A DNA stretch of 64,000 nt. Origin: Trueperaceae bacterium. Lineage in GTDB: Bacteria > Deinococcota > Deinococci > Deinococcales > Trueperaceae. Shown here one piece after another: positions 49,236 to 57,654 of this stretch. The first letter of the stretch is position 1. Every line of letters starts with the position of its first letter. The translations under genes were made by a program, and so were the position numbers. The stretch covers positions 320,001-384,000 of the forward strand of contig JAXHNB010000005.1 in NCBI GenBank assembly GCA_034520945.1. Direction: 5' to 3'. Under the pieces are notes generated by a model, which saw only the letters and a program-made list of their open reading frames with translations, was not told the origin of the DNA and did not search any database.

Positions 49236-50516
49236 ATGCTGGACCCGAGCCTTCTCCGCGACCACCCCGAGGCCGTACGCGCCGGCGTGCGCGCCAAGCG
49301 CATCGAGGGGGCGGAAGAAGCCCTCGACGCCCTGTCGTTGGCGGACGAAGAGCACCGCCTGCTGCGTCGGGACCTGGAGGAGAAGCAGGCGCGCCGCAAC
49401 CGCGACAGCAAGCGGATCGGCGAGCTGAAGCGGGACGGGGCCGACGCGGACGAGCTGATCCGCACGATGGGGGAGCTCTCGGCCGAGGTCAAGCAACTGG
49501 AGGAGCGCGAGCGTTCCCTGCGCGAACGCATCGAGCGCCTGACGCTCGAGGTCCCCAACCTGCCGCACGAGAGCGTCCCGATCGGCGAAAGCGAGCACGA
49601 CAACGTCGTCCTGTACGAGCGGGGCGATCCGAGGCCGGCCAGCGCGTCGCTGCAGCCGCACTGGTCGCTGATGAGGGAGCGCGGGTGGTTGGACATGGAG
49701 GCGGGCGCGCGCATCGCCAGCGCCGGCTTCCCGGTGTTCCGCGGCGAGGGGGCCCGCTTGGTGCGGGCGCTCGAGCGCTACTTCATCGACCGGCTGGCGG
49801 ACGCCGGCTTCGCGGAGGTGCGCGTGCCGCTGTTGGCCAACCGCGAGAGCGCGACCGCGACGGGCCAGCTGCCCGACAAGGAGGGTCAGATGTACCGGGT
49901 GCAGGACGACCTGTACCTCGTCCCGACCTCGGAGGTGTCGGTCACCAACCTGCATCGCGGCGAAATCTTGGACGCGGCCGAGCTGCCGCTTCGCTACTGC
50001 GCGTTCACCCCGTGCTTCCGGCGCGAGGCCGGCAGTCACGGGCGCGAGGTGCGGGGGTTGAACCGCGTGCACCAGTTCGACAAGGTCGAGATGGTCGCGT
50101 TCACCGCGCCCGAGGACAGCTACGAGATGCTGGAGTCCATGACCGAGCTCGCGGAAGCGCTGTTGACGGAACTGGGCCTCGCCTACCGTCGCCTGCTGAT
50201 GTGCACTGCGGACATGGGGTTCACGCAGGCCAAGAAGTACGACCTCGAGGTGTGGAGCCCCGCCCAGTCGCGCTGGTTGGAGGTCAGCAGCGTCAGCAAC
50301 GTCACCGACTTCCAGGCGCGACGGCTGGCCACGCGCGCCCGGCCGGGTGGGGTGCACGGATCCGGGCGCACCACGCACGTGCATACGCTGAACGGCAGCG
50401 CGTTGGCGTTCCCACGGACGATCGCGGCGTTGGTCGAGACGCATCAGGACGACGCGGGCGAGGTGGCGGTGCCGGCGGTGCTGGCGCCGTACCTGGGGAC
50501 CGACCGCCTGCGCTGA
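49236..50516 (+). CDS. serS: Serine--tRNA ligase
   Basis: N-terminal coiled-coil arm, LVPTSEV, motif 2 FRREAGS..RVHQFDKVE, KYDLEVW, EVSSVSN.TDFQARR, HTLNGS. Confidence 0.96.
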   Translation: MLDPSLLRDHPEAVRAGVRAKRIEGAEEALDALSLADEEHRLLRRDLEEKQARRNRDSKRIGELKRDGADADELIRTMGELSAEVKQLEERERSLRERIERLTLEVPNLPHESVPIGESEHDNVVLYERGDPRPASASLQPHWSLMRERGWLDMEAGARIASAGFPVFRGEGARLVRALERYFIDRLADAGFAEVRVPLLANRESATATGQLPDKEGQMYRVQDDLYLVPTSEVSVTNLHRGEILDAAELPLRYCAFTPCFRREAGSHGREVRGLNRVHQFDKVEMVAFTAPEDSYEMLESMTELAEALLTELGLAYRRLLMCTADMGFTQAKKYDLEVWSPAQSRWLEVSSVSNVTDFQARRLATRARPGGVHGSGRTTHVHTLNGSALAFPRTIAALVETHQDDAGEVAVPAVLAPYLGTDRLR

Positions 50517-50552
50517 GGCGGGGTGCTGCGCTGCGCCCGGCGGGCGCGGCGT

Positions 50553-50846
50553 TCAGTCCTCCGTGCCGGTCCGGGGCACCCGTAGGAAGCCGTCCTGCTG
50601 GGCGCGGGCGGTGCGGCCCACGGTGTCGGCGGACAGGCCGCCCCGCACCTGATCCTGGCGCGTGCCGTCGTCCACGTGGACCGGCCGAAGCATCGGCTCG
50701 AGCCCGCCGACGTCCACCTCCGACAGGGTGCCCAGGTGGGCGAGGACCCGTTCCAGGTCGGCCCGCACCGCGTCGCGTTCGTCCGGCTGGATGCGGAGGC
50801 GGGCCAAGCGTTCGAGGTGCGCGAGTTCCTCGTCGCTGATGCGCAT
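50553..50846 (-). CDS. gatC: Asp-tRNA(Asn)/Glu-tRNA(Gln) amidotransferase subunit C
   Basis: I..EE..HL..LARL, L.EVD..G.EP, R.D, GF..VP; 97 aa. Confidence 0.85.
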   Translation of the reverse strand: MRISDEELAHLERLARLRIQPDERDAVRADLERVLAHLGTLSEVDVGGLEPMLRPVHVDDGTRQDQVRGGLSADTVGRTARAQQDGFLRVPRTGTED

Positions 50847-50918
50847 GACGAGACGGTAGCACGCCGCGCGGCGGCCGCGTCGAGGCGTCGCCCGCCGGGT
50901 GGGCGCTCGTCGGGGCGT

Positions 50919-51650
50919 TCAGAACAGGGGGCCGAGAAGCCACCACAGCGGCACCGCCAACAGCAGGGCCGGAAGCATGCTGGCGACGCGGACCTTCACC
51001 AGGTCCAGCAGGCCCAAGCCGAGCCCCACGATCATCAGGCCGCCGACGCCGTTGACCAGCAACACGCGCGGGTCGGCGGTGGGATCCGGGACCAGGGTGG
51101 TCAGCGTGCCGGCGGCCAACGACAGGCCCCCTTGGAACACGAGCACCACGGCGGCCGACATCATCACGCCGAGGCCGAAGGTGGTGGCCAACGCCAAGGC
51201 GGACAGACCGTCCAACGTGCTCTTCAGCAACAGGAAGCTCGGATCGCCCGTCAACCCGTTCTGGATCGAGCCGAGCAGGGTGAGCGGACCGACGCAGAAC
51301 AGCAGCGTCGCGGTCACGAACCCCTCGGTGAAGCGCCCCTCGCCCGCGAAGCGACGCTTCAGCAGGTCGCCGATCGCCTCGAGCCCGTCCTCGATGCGCA
51401 TCGCTTCGCCCAGCGCGCCGCCCAGAGCCAGGCCGAGCAGCGCAACGATCACGCCGGGCGGCGCGTCGACGCGGGTCAGGTCGAAGGCGGCGTTCAGGCC
51501 GATGAACAGCGTCGTCAGGCCGATGGCCTGCATCATCACGCGCACGGTTCGCCGCGGCAGCCTGTGCCGCAGCCACAGGCCGAGCCCCGACCCGACGAGG
51601 ACGCTCAACGTGTTCACCAGCGTGCCGGAGGTCTGTTCGAACGGGCTCAC
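50919..51650 (-). CDS. DUF554 family membrane protein (YqgA/YdfK-like)
   Basis: GTLVN, EGFVTATLLFCVGPL..LGSI, KS.LDG, QG, GG.MI..LGL..L, V.SMLPAL. Confidence 0.85.
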   Translation of the reverse strand: MSPFEQTSGTLVNTLSVLVGSGLGLWLRHRLPRRTVRVMMQAIGLTTLFIGLNAAFDLTRVDAPPGVIVALLGLALGGALGEAMRIEDGLEAIGDLLKRRFAGEGRFTEGFVTATLLFCVGPLTLLGSIQNGLTGDPSFLLLKSTLDGLSALALATTFGLGVMMSAAVVLVFQGGLSLAAGTLTTLVPDPTADPRVLLVNGVGGLMIVGLGLGLLDLVKVRVASMLPALLLAVPLWWLLGPLF

Positions 51651-52285
51651 CCGTCGCCCCCTGCGCGCGGCGCGCCCTCGTCCGCCTCGTCCGCCTCGTC
51701 CGCGTCGCCCGCGTCCGCTCGTCCGCCGCTGCGGAGCACCATCACGGTCACGATGGCGCCGGCCGCCAACGGCAGCCCGATCAGCCAGACCAGCCACGTG
51801 CTCAGGCTTCGCGGGCCGGTATCGGTCGGCGGGAAGATGAAGGACACCGGCTCGGTGGCGCCGCCGGGCCCCACCTCGAGCGTCACGGTGGCTCGGGCCT
51901 CCTCCTGCTCGAAGGTGGTGTCGCGGAAGCGCACGCTCCAGGCGCCGGGGGCGTCCAGCGTCAGGCGTCCCTGGTAGCGGCCGGGCTCCACTTCGTCGAA
52001 GCGACCCGATTGGACGGTCGGGTCCTCGCCGCCCGGGGGGATCGCCTCGGCCTGCATCACGGCGTCCTCGACCGGGGTTTCGGTCGGGTCGCGGAGCTCC
52101 AGCGTCAGCGTGGTCGGCGCGCCGACCGGCGGCGGGGCGGGCTGGGTGCGCACGGTGCCGAACACCAGGGTGGCGTGCGCGCCCGCCACCGCCCACAGGG
52201 CCAGCGCCGTGATCAGCAGCCCGGGGCGTGCCAGCTGCCGCCGCGCGGCGTCGAAGCTAGGGCGCGTCACGTTGCGGCAGCTCAT
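51647..52285 (-). CDS. Exported YtkA/FixH-like Ig-fold protein with C-terminal membrane anchor
   Basis: Signal peptide; P..G....L.L....PV..A.V pattern and PGRYQG.L....PG.W strand pattern; C-terminal TM; GGGAGG upstream. Confidence 0.6.
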   Translation of the reverse strand: MSCRNVTRPSFDAARRQLARPGLLITALALWAVAGAHATLVFGTVRTQPAPPPVGAPTTLTLELRDPTETPVEDAVMQAEAIPPGGEDPTVQSGRFDEVEPGRYQGRLTLDAPGAWSVRFRDTTFEQEEARATVTLEVGPGGATEPVSFIFPPTDTGPRSLSTWLVWLIGLPLAAGAIVTVMVLRSGGRADAGDADEADEADEGAPRAGGDG

Positions 52286-52985
52286 GGTCGACCTCCCAAA
52301 GCACCTCGCGGGGCGTCCTCGTGTCGGCGTGGATCTGTGCGGCCAGCGCCCGGCCGACCCAGCGCCAGTGCCACGGCTCGTAGGCGTAGCACGTCTTGTC
52401 GCGGGCATGCTCGGGGTAGCTCATCACGAAGCCGAAACGCCAGGCGTTCGCGGCGACCCACGCACCGGCCGGCGTGTCGGCCCAATCGCGCTGGTCCCAA
52501 GGGGCCGGGCCGCCCGTCGTGCCCAGGTCGACCGCCGTGCCCAGCTGATGCTCGGAGTGGCCCGGCCGCGCGCTGGTGCGCAGGGCCGCCCGTCGTCCGT
52601 CACGCTCGACCCAGTACGCGAAGGTGCGGCGTTGGTAGTCGTAGCTCCGGAAGGCGGACCACAACGCCAGGGAATGCCCCGCCGCCGCGGCCGCCTCGCG
52701 CAGGGCGCGCAGGTCGGGCACCATGACGGCGCGGACGAAGCGGTCGTCCGCGAACCCCGCCCGGCGGGCCGCGACCAGGTCGGGCGGCCGCCAGTCGCCC
52801 GGAAGCCGGAACACCGTGTCCAGTACGGTCCATCGCCCGTCGTCCGGCGGCACCACCGTGGCCGGCCGGTCCTCGTACGCGCAGGGGGGCGGCGCCGCGG
52901 CGGCCCCTGCGAGCAGCGCCAGGCAGGCCACGGTCCGAAGCGTGCGAACGGCGCCGGCACGGTGGGTCCAAGACCGGGCTCGCAT
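52257..52985 (-). CDS. M15B D-Ala-D-Ala carboxypeptidase (VanY/LdcB-like)
   Basis: SAFRSYDYQ, SARPGHSEHQLGTAVD (SxHxxGxAxD), YEPWHWRWVG (ExxH); signal peptide. Confidence 0.88.
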   Translation of the reverse strand: MRARSWTHRAGAVRTLRTVACLALLAGAAAAPPPCAYEDRPATVVPPDDGRWTVLDTVFRLPGDWRPPDLVAARRAGFADDRFVRAVMVPDLRALREAAAAAGHSLALWSAFRSYDYQRRTFAYWVERDGRRAALRTSARPGHSEHQLGTAVDLGTTGGPAPWDQRDWADTPAGAWVAANAWRFGFVMSYPEHARDKTCYAYEPWHWRWVGRALAAQIHADTRTPREVLWEVDHELPQRDAP

Positions 52986-54514
52986 CAGAACGAGGGCCCC
53001 AGCACCGTACCCCGCATCTCCATCGGCAGCGACAACACCCACAGTTGGAAGGCGGCGAGCGCGATCGTCAGCAGCAGCATCGGCCACATCGCCCCGGCGG
53101 CCCGGCGTCCGAAGTCGCGCACGGCGATGCGAACGCACAGGCCTGCGGCCAGGAGCGAGTAGGCGGACGCGACGCCGGCCGTGATGGGAAACAGCATGCG
53201 CGAGGGCACCATGCGGGCCAGCCGCCAGTTCGGGTCGACGCTCATGCCGCGCCACTCGAAGAAGTGCTGGAACACCGGCACGATCGAGACGGCCCCCGTC
53301 AGGAAGTGGAACAGGTAGTGCGCGGCCCAGAATCCGAAGCCCAGCGCCACGAACACGTAGCCCCAGCGCAGCAGGGCCCGGCGCGGCGCCCAGCCGGCAC
53401 CTCCGATTCGGTCGGCCAGGATCGCGGCGCCCCAGGCGAGGGCCAGGCCCGCCCCGCTGGCGAGCGCGAACATCGTGATCAACAACGCGGCTTCGTTCCG
53501 GGTGCCCAGGGCGCGGGACGTCCACGCCGCGAGGTCGTAGAACGGCGGCACCATCGCCACGGCGTTCAGGAGCCCCCAGATCAGGAGCAGCACCGCCATC
53601 ACCATGAGGGGCAGGCCCCAGCGCCGTCGCCACGGGTCGGAGGCCAGCTCGCGCGCCGGTGAGCGCGCCACCAGGGCCACGTTGTCGTACGGGCACGCCC
53701 GCACGCAGTTCATGCAGGAGGTGCAGTCCATGTTGGAGGTGAGGGTGGGCACGAACAGCTTGGTCTCGCAGCCGGGGAACGCCCCTTCGCCGTTGGGGTT
53801 CGTCACGTCGCCGAGGGGCACGAACGCGTGTCGGCCGTCGGCGCGGGCGGGATCGGCGTAGGTCTCGCGGCCGTGCAGGCAGGGTTTGTGCTCGCAGCTG
53901 CGGCAGATGTCCGGGTCGTGGGCGGCGATCTGGGTGGGCGACACGCTGGCGAAGACGAAGTTGAAATTGCCGAGCGGACACACGTAGCGGCAGAAGGTCC
54001 CGGCCGGGAACAGGGTGTCGACCAGGAACGCGCCGGCGAAGTAGGCGATGGCCAGCCAGGCCGTCAGCCAGGGGCTGGCCCACAGGTCGAAGATCTCGTA
54101 GGACAGGAACAGGGCCAGGAGGAGCCCCGCCACCAGCCACTTCGAGCGTAGGGCCTGCGGCCAGCGCCACTCGAGGCGAAGGTGGCGCTTCACGAACGCG
54201 GCGGGACCGCGCGTCGCCATCAACGGGCAGGCGGCGCAGAAGGCGTTGCCGAAGATCGCCAGCGCCACCACGACCAGGCCCCGGTAGTGCAGCCAGCCGG
54301 CGGTCGTGGCCATGTTCCGCGGGGCCAACTGCCGTCCCGTCAGGCCGTCGGTGATCACCATCGCGGCCAGGATCAGGAGCGGAACCTGCAGGGCGAAGCG
54401 GGCGTAGCGCCAGCGCAGGAACCGCCTGAGGCCGGGGAGGGCGAGAAGGTCGAAGCCGCGGGGTTGGTCGACGTACGCCCCCGCGCGGGGCAGCGCGATG
54501 CGCCGAGGGTTCAC
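52985..54514 (-). CDS. Membrane 4Fe-4S-binding polyferredoxin (FixG/NapH/FesM-like)
   Basis: FCAACP and FCRYVCP motifs, CRSCEHKPC, C...CTSCMNCVRACP ferredoxin motif, multiple TM helices. Confidence 0.82.
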   Translation of the reverse strand: MNPRRIALPRAGAYVDQPRGFDLLALPGLRRFLRWRYARFALQVPLLILAAMVITDGLTGRQLAPRNMATTAGWLHYRGLVVVALAIFGNAFCAACPLMATRGPAAFVKRHLRLEWRWPQALRSKWLVAGLLLALFLSYEIFDLWASPWLTAWLAIAYFAGAFLVDTLFPAGTFCRYVCPLGNFNFVFASVSPTQIAAHDPDICRSCEHKPCLHGRETYADPARADGRHAFVPLGDVTNPNGEGAFPGCETKLFVPTLTSNMDCTSCMNCVRACPYDNVALVARSPARELASDPWRRRWGLPLMVMAVLLLIWGLLNAVAMVPPFYDLAAWTSRALGTRNEAALLITMFALASGAGLALAWGAAILADRIGGAGWAPRRALLRWGYVFVALGFGFWAAHYLFHFLTGAVSIVPVFQHFFEWRGMSVDPNWRLARMVPSRMLFPITAGVASAYSLLAAGLCVRIAVRDFGRRAAGAMWPMLLLTIALAAFQLWVLSLPMEMRGTVLGPSF

Positions 54515-54924
54515 GGCTGGGAGACGCGCACCTGGGTCTCTTCGAGGACGGTGTCGCCGCTGGGAAGCGTGACCTCGGCCGTGAGGATCCAGTCGCCCGC
54601 CATGGTGAACGCGAAGTCGGCCGTACGGTAGCGCCCCTCCTCGCCCCCGGTCGCCGCCTCGATGACGGGCTCCATGCCTGCGTGCGTCATGTCACCGGTG
54701 AGCTCCACGCGGGCACCTTCGACGGGTGCCTCGCCGTCGGTGACGTGCACCGTAATGTCGGCCGGGCCCACGGTGGGCGCGTCGGGGAGGACGAGGCGAA
54801 CCTGGACGTCCGGGGCGACGCCGCCGGAGGCGGAGGCTTGCCGGTCTGGCGCTTCGCACGCGATCAGGGCCGTGGTCAGCACCACGGAGGGGATCAGAAG
54901 CAGGAGGCGGGGGAGCGTAGGCAT
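54511..54924 (-). CDS. YtkA/FixH family lipoprotein
   Basis: Lipobox LIAC; GDMTHAGMEP Met/His motif; G.Y...F.F.MAGDW.L. Confidence 0.82.
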   Translation of the reverse strand: MPTLPRLLLLIPSVVLTTALIACEAPDRQASASGGVAPDVQVRLVLPDAPTVGPADITVHVTDGEAPVEGARVELTGDMTHAGMEPVIEAATGGEEGRYRTADFAFTMAGDWILTAEVTLPSGDTVLEETQVRVSQP

Positions 54925-55778
54925 GCGGCCCACGCTAGCACGCCGCTGCCTCCTTCGCGTTGCGTCTTGGACGCCATCGAGGGGTGCCAGCGGCCGATGT
55001 CGGCCAGGTAGCTGTGCAGCCCGCGCGCCAGGGCGTCGGCCGGTCCGTCCGGATCGGTGAGCCAGGCGCGATCATCGGGGTTCGACAGGTAGCCGAGCTC
55101 GACGATCACGCCCGGGGTGGCCCGGTGGGCGGCGTGGAGGTAGCGGCGGTCCGAGAAGGCGTAGTAGTGCAGCATGGCGCCGGTGACGTTGGCGTCGTCG
55201 TCCGATAGGGGGGAGGCGGACAGGTAGGCGGCGTCGAGATGCGCCTTCAGCACCGGTTCCAGGGCGTTGCGGGCCGGTCGCCGGTGGGCGCTCTTGTAGC
55301 CGGTGCGCCGCGGATCCGGGCTCACGTCGGCATGGACCGAGATCAGTACGTCGGCACGGTAGCGGGGCGGCACCGTGGCCGGGAGGACGTCGACGTGGAT
55401 CCCGTTCGCCTCCAACTGCGCCGCCAGCGCGTCCACCACGGCCCGGTTCACCTCGACCTCGTCCAGCCCGGCGGCGTGACCGCCCGTGTTCAGGCGCAGC
55501 GCGGCCAGCTCGTCCGGATGATCAAAGGCGCGCAGGTGCCCCACCTGCAGCCCGATGGTGGGGGGGCCGCGCAGGCGCAGCCAGGCGCGCTCGATCGGCC
55601 CCGGGGCGGCCGCGGCGTCGTGCGCCGAAGGCGCCGCAGGCACCGACGCGGAGGCGTCGAGGGCTGCCGCGCGGTCCACGGCTGCCAGCGCGGCGACGGC
55701 CAACAGCGCGCCGCTCAGCAGGAGCGTCCAGCGGAGCATGCGGCGTGGGCGGCGGGCGCTGGGGGAAGGGGCCGGCAC
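54894..55778 (-). CDS. N-acetylmuramoyl-L-alanine amidase (Amidase_3)
   Basis: Zinc ligands LQVGH, E.EVN, SVHAD and catalytic VELGYLSN; N-terminal signal/TM. Confidence 0.82.
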   Translation of the reverse strand: MPAPSPSARRPRRMLRWTLLLSGALLAVAALAAVDRAAALDASASVPAAPSAHDAAAAPGPIERAWLRLRGPPTIGLQVGHLRAFDHPDELAALRLNTGGHAAGLDEVEVNRAVVDALAAQLEANGIHVDVLPATVPPRYRADVLISVHADVSPDPRRTGYKSAHRRPARNALEPVLKAHLDAAYLSASPLSDDDANVTGAMLHYYAFSDRRYLHAAHRATPGVIVELGYLSNPDDRAWLTDPDGPADALARGLHSYLADIGRWHPSMASKTQREGGSGVLAWAACLRSPASCF

Positions 55779-55852
55779 GTCTTTACGGTACGTGTTTCAT
55801 GGCGTCGCGCGCTGCGAAGCGGCCGACACCTGCGTGGCCGGTGCCGGCCCCT

Positions 55853-56716
55853 TCAGGCCGGGTCGTCCGGCCCGCCGGCGTCGCGAGGCGGGTGGGGTGG
55901 GGTCAACGTGCGGCTGCGTGGAGGTCGCGGCGGGAGCGGCGCGGGCAGGTGTACCTCTTCCAGCTCGCGGCGGGGGCTCCGGGGCGGCCGTTCCAGTGGG
56001 TGAAGCGTGCGTGCTTCCGCGTCCTCGTCGGCCCCGCCGAACGTCGACCCCGCGATGCCCTCGGCGGCGCCGGGCGCCGCGCGCCGCCACCAGGCGGGCC
56101 CGAGCAGGCCGGTCAGCGCCGCCGCCGCCAGCACGCCCGGCAGGTCGGTGGCCAGGTGGGGGAGGATCCCCTCGGCCGGCAGCGGCCGGAACGCCCACGC
56201 CAGCGCGGCCAGACCGCCCGATGCGGTGGCCAGGGTCCAGGCCAACACGATCCCGAGCGGTGCCGCCAGGCGTGTCCGGCGGGGGGAGGGCGCGATCGCG
56301 ATCCAGCCCAGCGCGGCGAGCTCCAGCGCCAAAACGGCCTCCGCCCCGCTCAACGGGTGGCGCGTGCTCTCCACCGCGGCGAACAGCAGCCCGGCCACCA
56401 CGCCCAGGGTCGGCCCGTACCCGAGCGCGACCAGGTACAGCGGCAGACGGCGAAGTCCGTCCAAGGGCCAGTCGATGCCGGCGGCCTCGATACGTTCGCC
56501 CGCGACGACGAGGCTCAGGCCCGCCAGCGCCGCCAAGGCGGCGCAGATCCACGGCAGCGGCCGGGCCAGGGCGCGCGCGTCCCCCCGGGCCCACCCGCCC
56601 ACCAGCGACGCGCCGGCCAGGATCGTCGCCGCCAACAGCGCGTAGCCGAGCAACGGATCGGACGTCACCCGCGCCCACGCGGCGCCGGCCTCCACGCCGG
56701 GCAGCCAGCTAGGCAC
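55853..56716 (-). CDS. Membrane protein, possible ECF transporter S component (ThiT-like)
   Basis: About 7 hydrophobic segments; LPLYLVALGYGPTLGVVAGLLF resembles the S-component AxxxG.GxxxG pattern; start uncertain. Confidence 0.5.
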   Translation of the reverse strand: MPSWLPGVEAGAAWARVTSDPLLGYALLAATILAGASLVGGWARGDARALARPLPWICAALAALAGLSLVVAGERIEAAGIDWPLDGLRRLPLYLVALGYGPTLGVVAGLLFAAVESTRHPLSGAEAVLALELAALGWIAIAPSPRRTRLAAPLGIVLAWTLATASGGLAALAWAFRPLPAEGILPHLATDLPGVLAAAALTGLLGPAWWRRAAPGAAEGIAGSTFGGADEDAEARTLHPLERPPRSPRRELEEVHLPAPLPPRPPRSRTLTPPHPPRDAGGPDDPA

Positions 56717-57593
56717 GCCGCCCCCACGGGTCGAAGTCGGGGTCGTCCTGGTCCAGCGTCTCTCCGAACGGGCTCTGGTCGAAGCGTCCGTGCCAGAACA
56801 TGCCGAGCACCGCATGCCACGCCGCCCGCTGCGGGGCGGGCCCCACCCGCGCGCGGACCATGGCCACGGCGCCGACCGCCCACCGCTGCGCCGCCCGGCG
56901 CACGGGCCCGTGGTGGCGCCGGGCCGTGATCATGCCGCCCCGCAACCCTTCGATCATGAAGCGCGGATCCGAAGGCCCCTTCCCGGCGCCGAGGTGCACG
57001 ACCTCGGCGCCGACCAGCTGCACGCGCCAATCGCGCGCCCGCAGGCGCAGCCCCCACTCCAGGTCCTCGTCATAGAAGCGGAGCGAGGCGTCCATGCCGC
57101 CCGCATCCTGGGCCGCGGCGACGCGCACTGCGAAGATGCATCCGGACACCCACGGCACGCGGAGCGTCGCCGCTGGGCCCGCGCCACCCAGCTGCGCGGT
57201 GTAGGCGCGGTAGGGGATCCCTTGATCCTGAATCCGCCCGTCCGGGCCGCGGGCCAGCGGACCGGTCAGGGCCACGCGCGGGTCGTGAAACGGGGCGGCC
57301 AGGGCGTGCAACGTGTCCGGTTCGATCAGCACGTCGGCGTTCATGACGCAGACGAGAGCGCCCCCGGCCGTGTCCAGGGCATGGTTCACCGTCGCGGCGT
57401 AGCCCAGGTTGGGTCGTGGCTCCAGGCGGGCGTGCGGGTGGGCGGCGCCGACCCGCAGCGCCTCCGGCGCCGTGCCGCCGGTGTCGAGTACCCGGACCGG
57501 GACCTCCGGCGCGGAGCGGGCGAGGGCCGCCAGCGCGCGCGCCGCGACCTGGGGCGTGCGGTGATGGATCAGGGCGACCTCGGCGATGCGCAC
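56709..57593 (-). CDS. Glycosyltransferase family 2 (WbbL-like)
   Basis: NLGYA..VN, MNADV, WVSGC, D..L.FY.ED.EW. Confidence 0.85.
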   Translation of the reverse strand: MRIAEVALIHHRTPQVAARALAALARSAPEVPVRVLDTGGTAPEALRVGAAHPHARLEPRPNLGYAATVNHALDTAGGALVCVMNADVLIEPDTLHALAAPFHDPRVALTGPLARGPDGRIQDQGIPYRAYTAQLGGAGPAATLRVPWVSGCIFAVRVAAAQDAGGMDASLRFYDEDLEWGLRLRARDWRVQLVGAEVVHLGAGKGPSDPRFMIEGLRGGMITARRHHGPVRRAAQRWAVGAVAMVRARVGPAPQRAAWHAVLGMFWHGRFDQSPFGETLDQDDPDFDPWGRRA

Positions 57594-57654
57594 CCCTTCA
57601 GGCTAGCGCAGCCAGGCCACCGGATTCTCACCTGCGCGCGCTAACGTAGGTCGC

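Noticed and set aside
50553..50846. gatC without gatA/gatB, ruvB without ruvA, hom-thrC without thrB, sufSU without sufCBD in view
   Set aside because: Dispersed pathway genes are common in Deinococcota, and the partners may lie outside the window
51676..51720. Short 9-bp tandem repeats (CCTCGTCCG)
   Set aside because: They encode a low-complexity DEA tail inside a CDS; not a CRISPR array or mobile repeat
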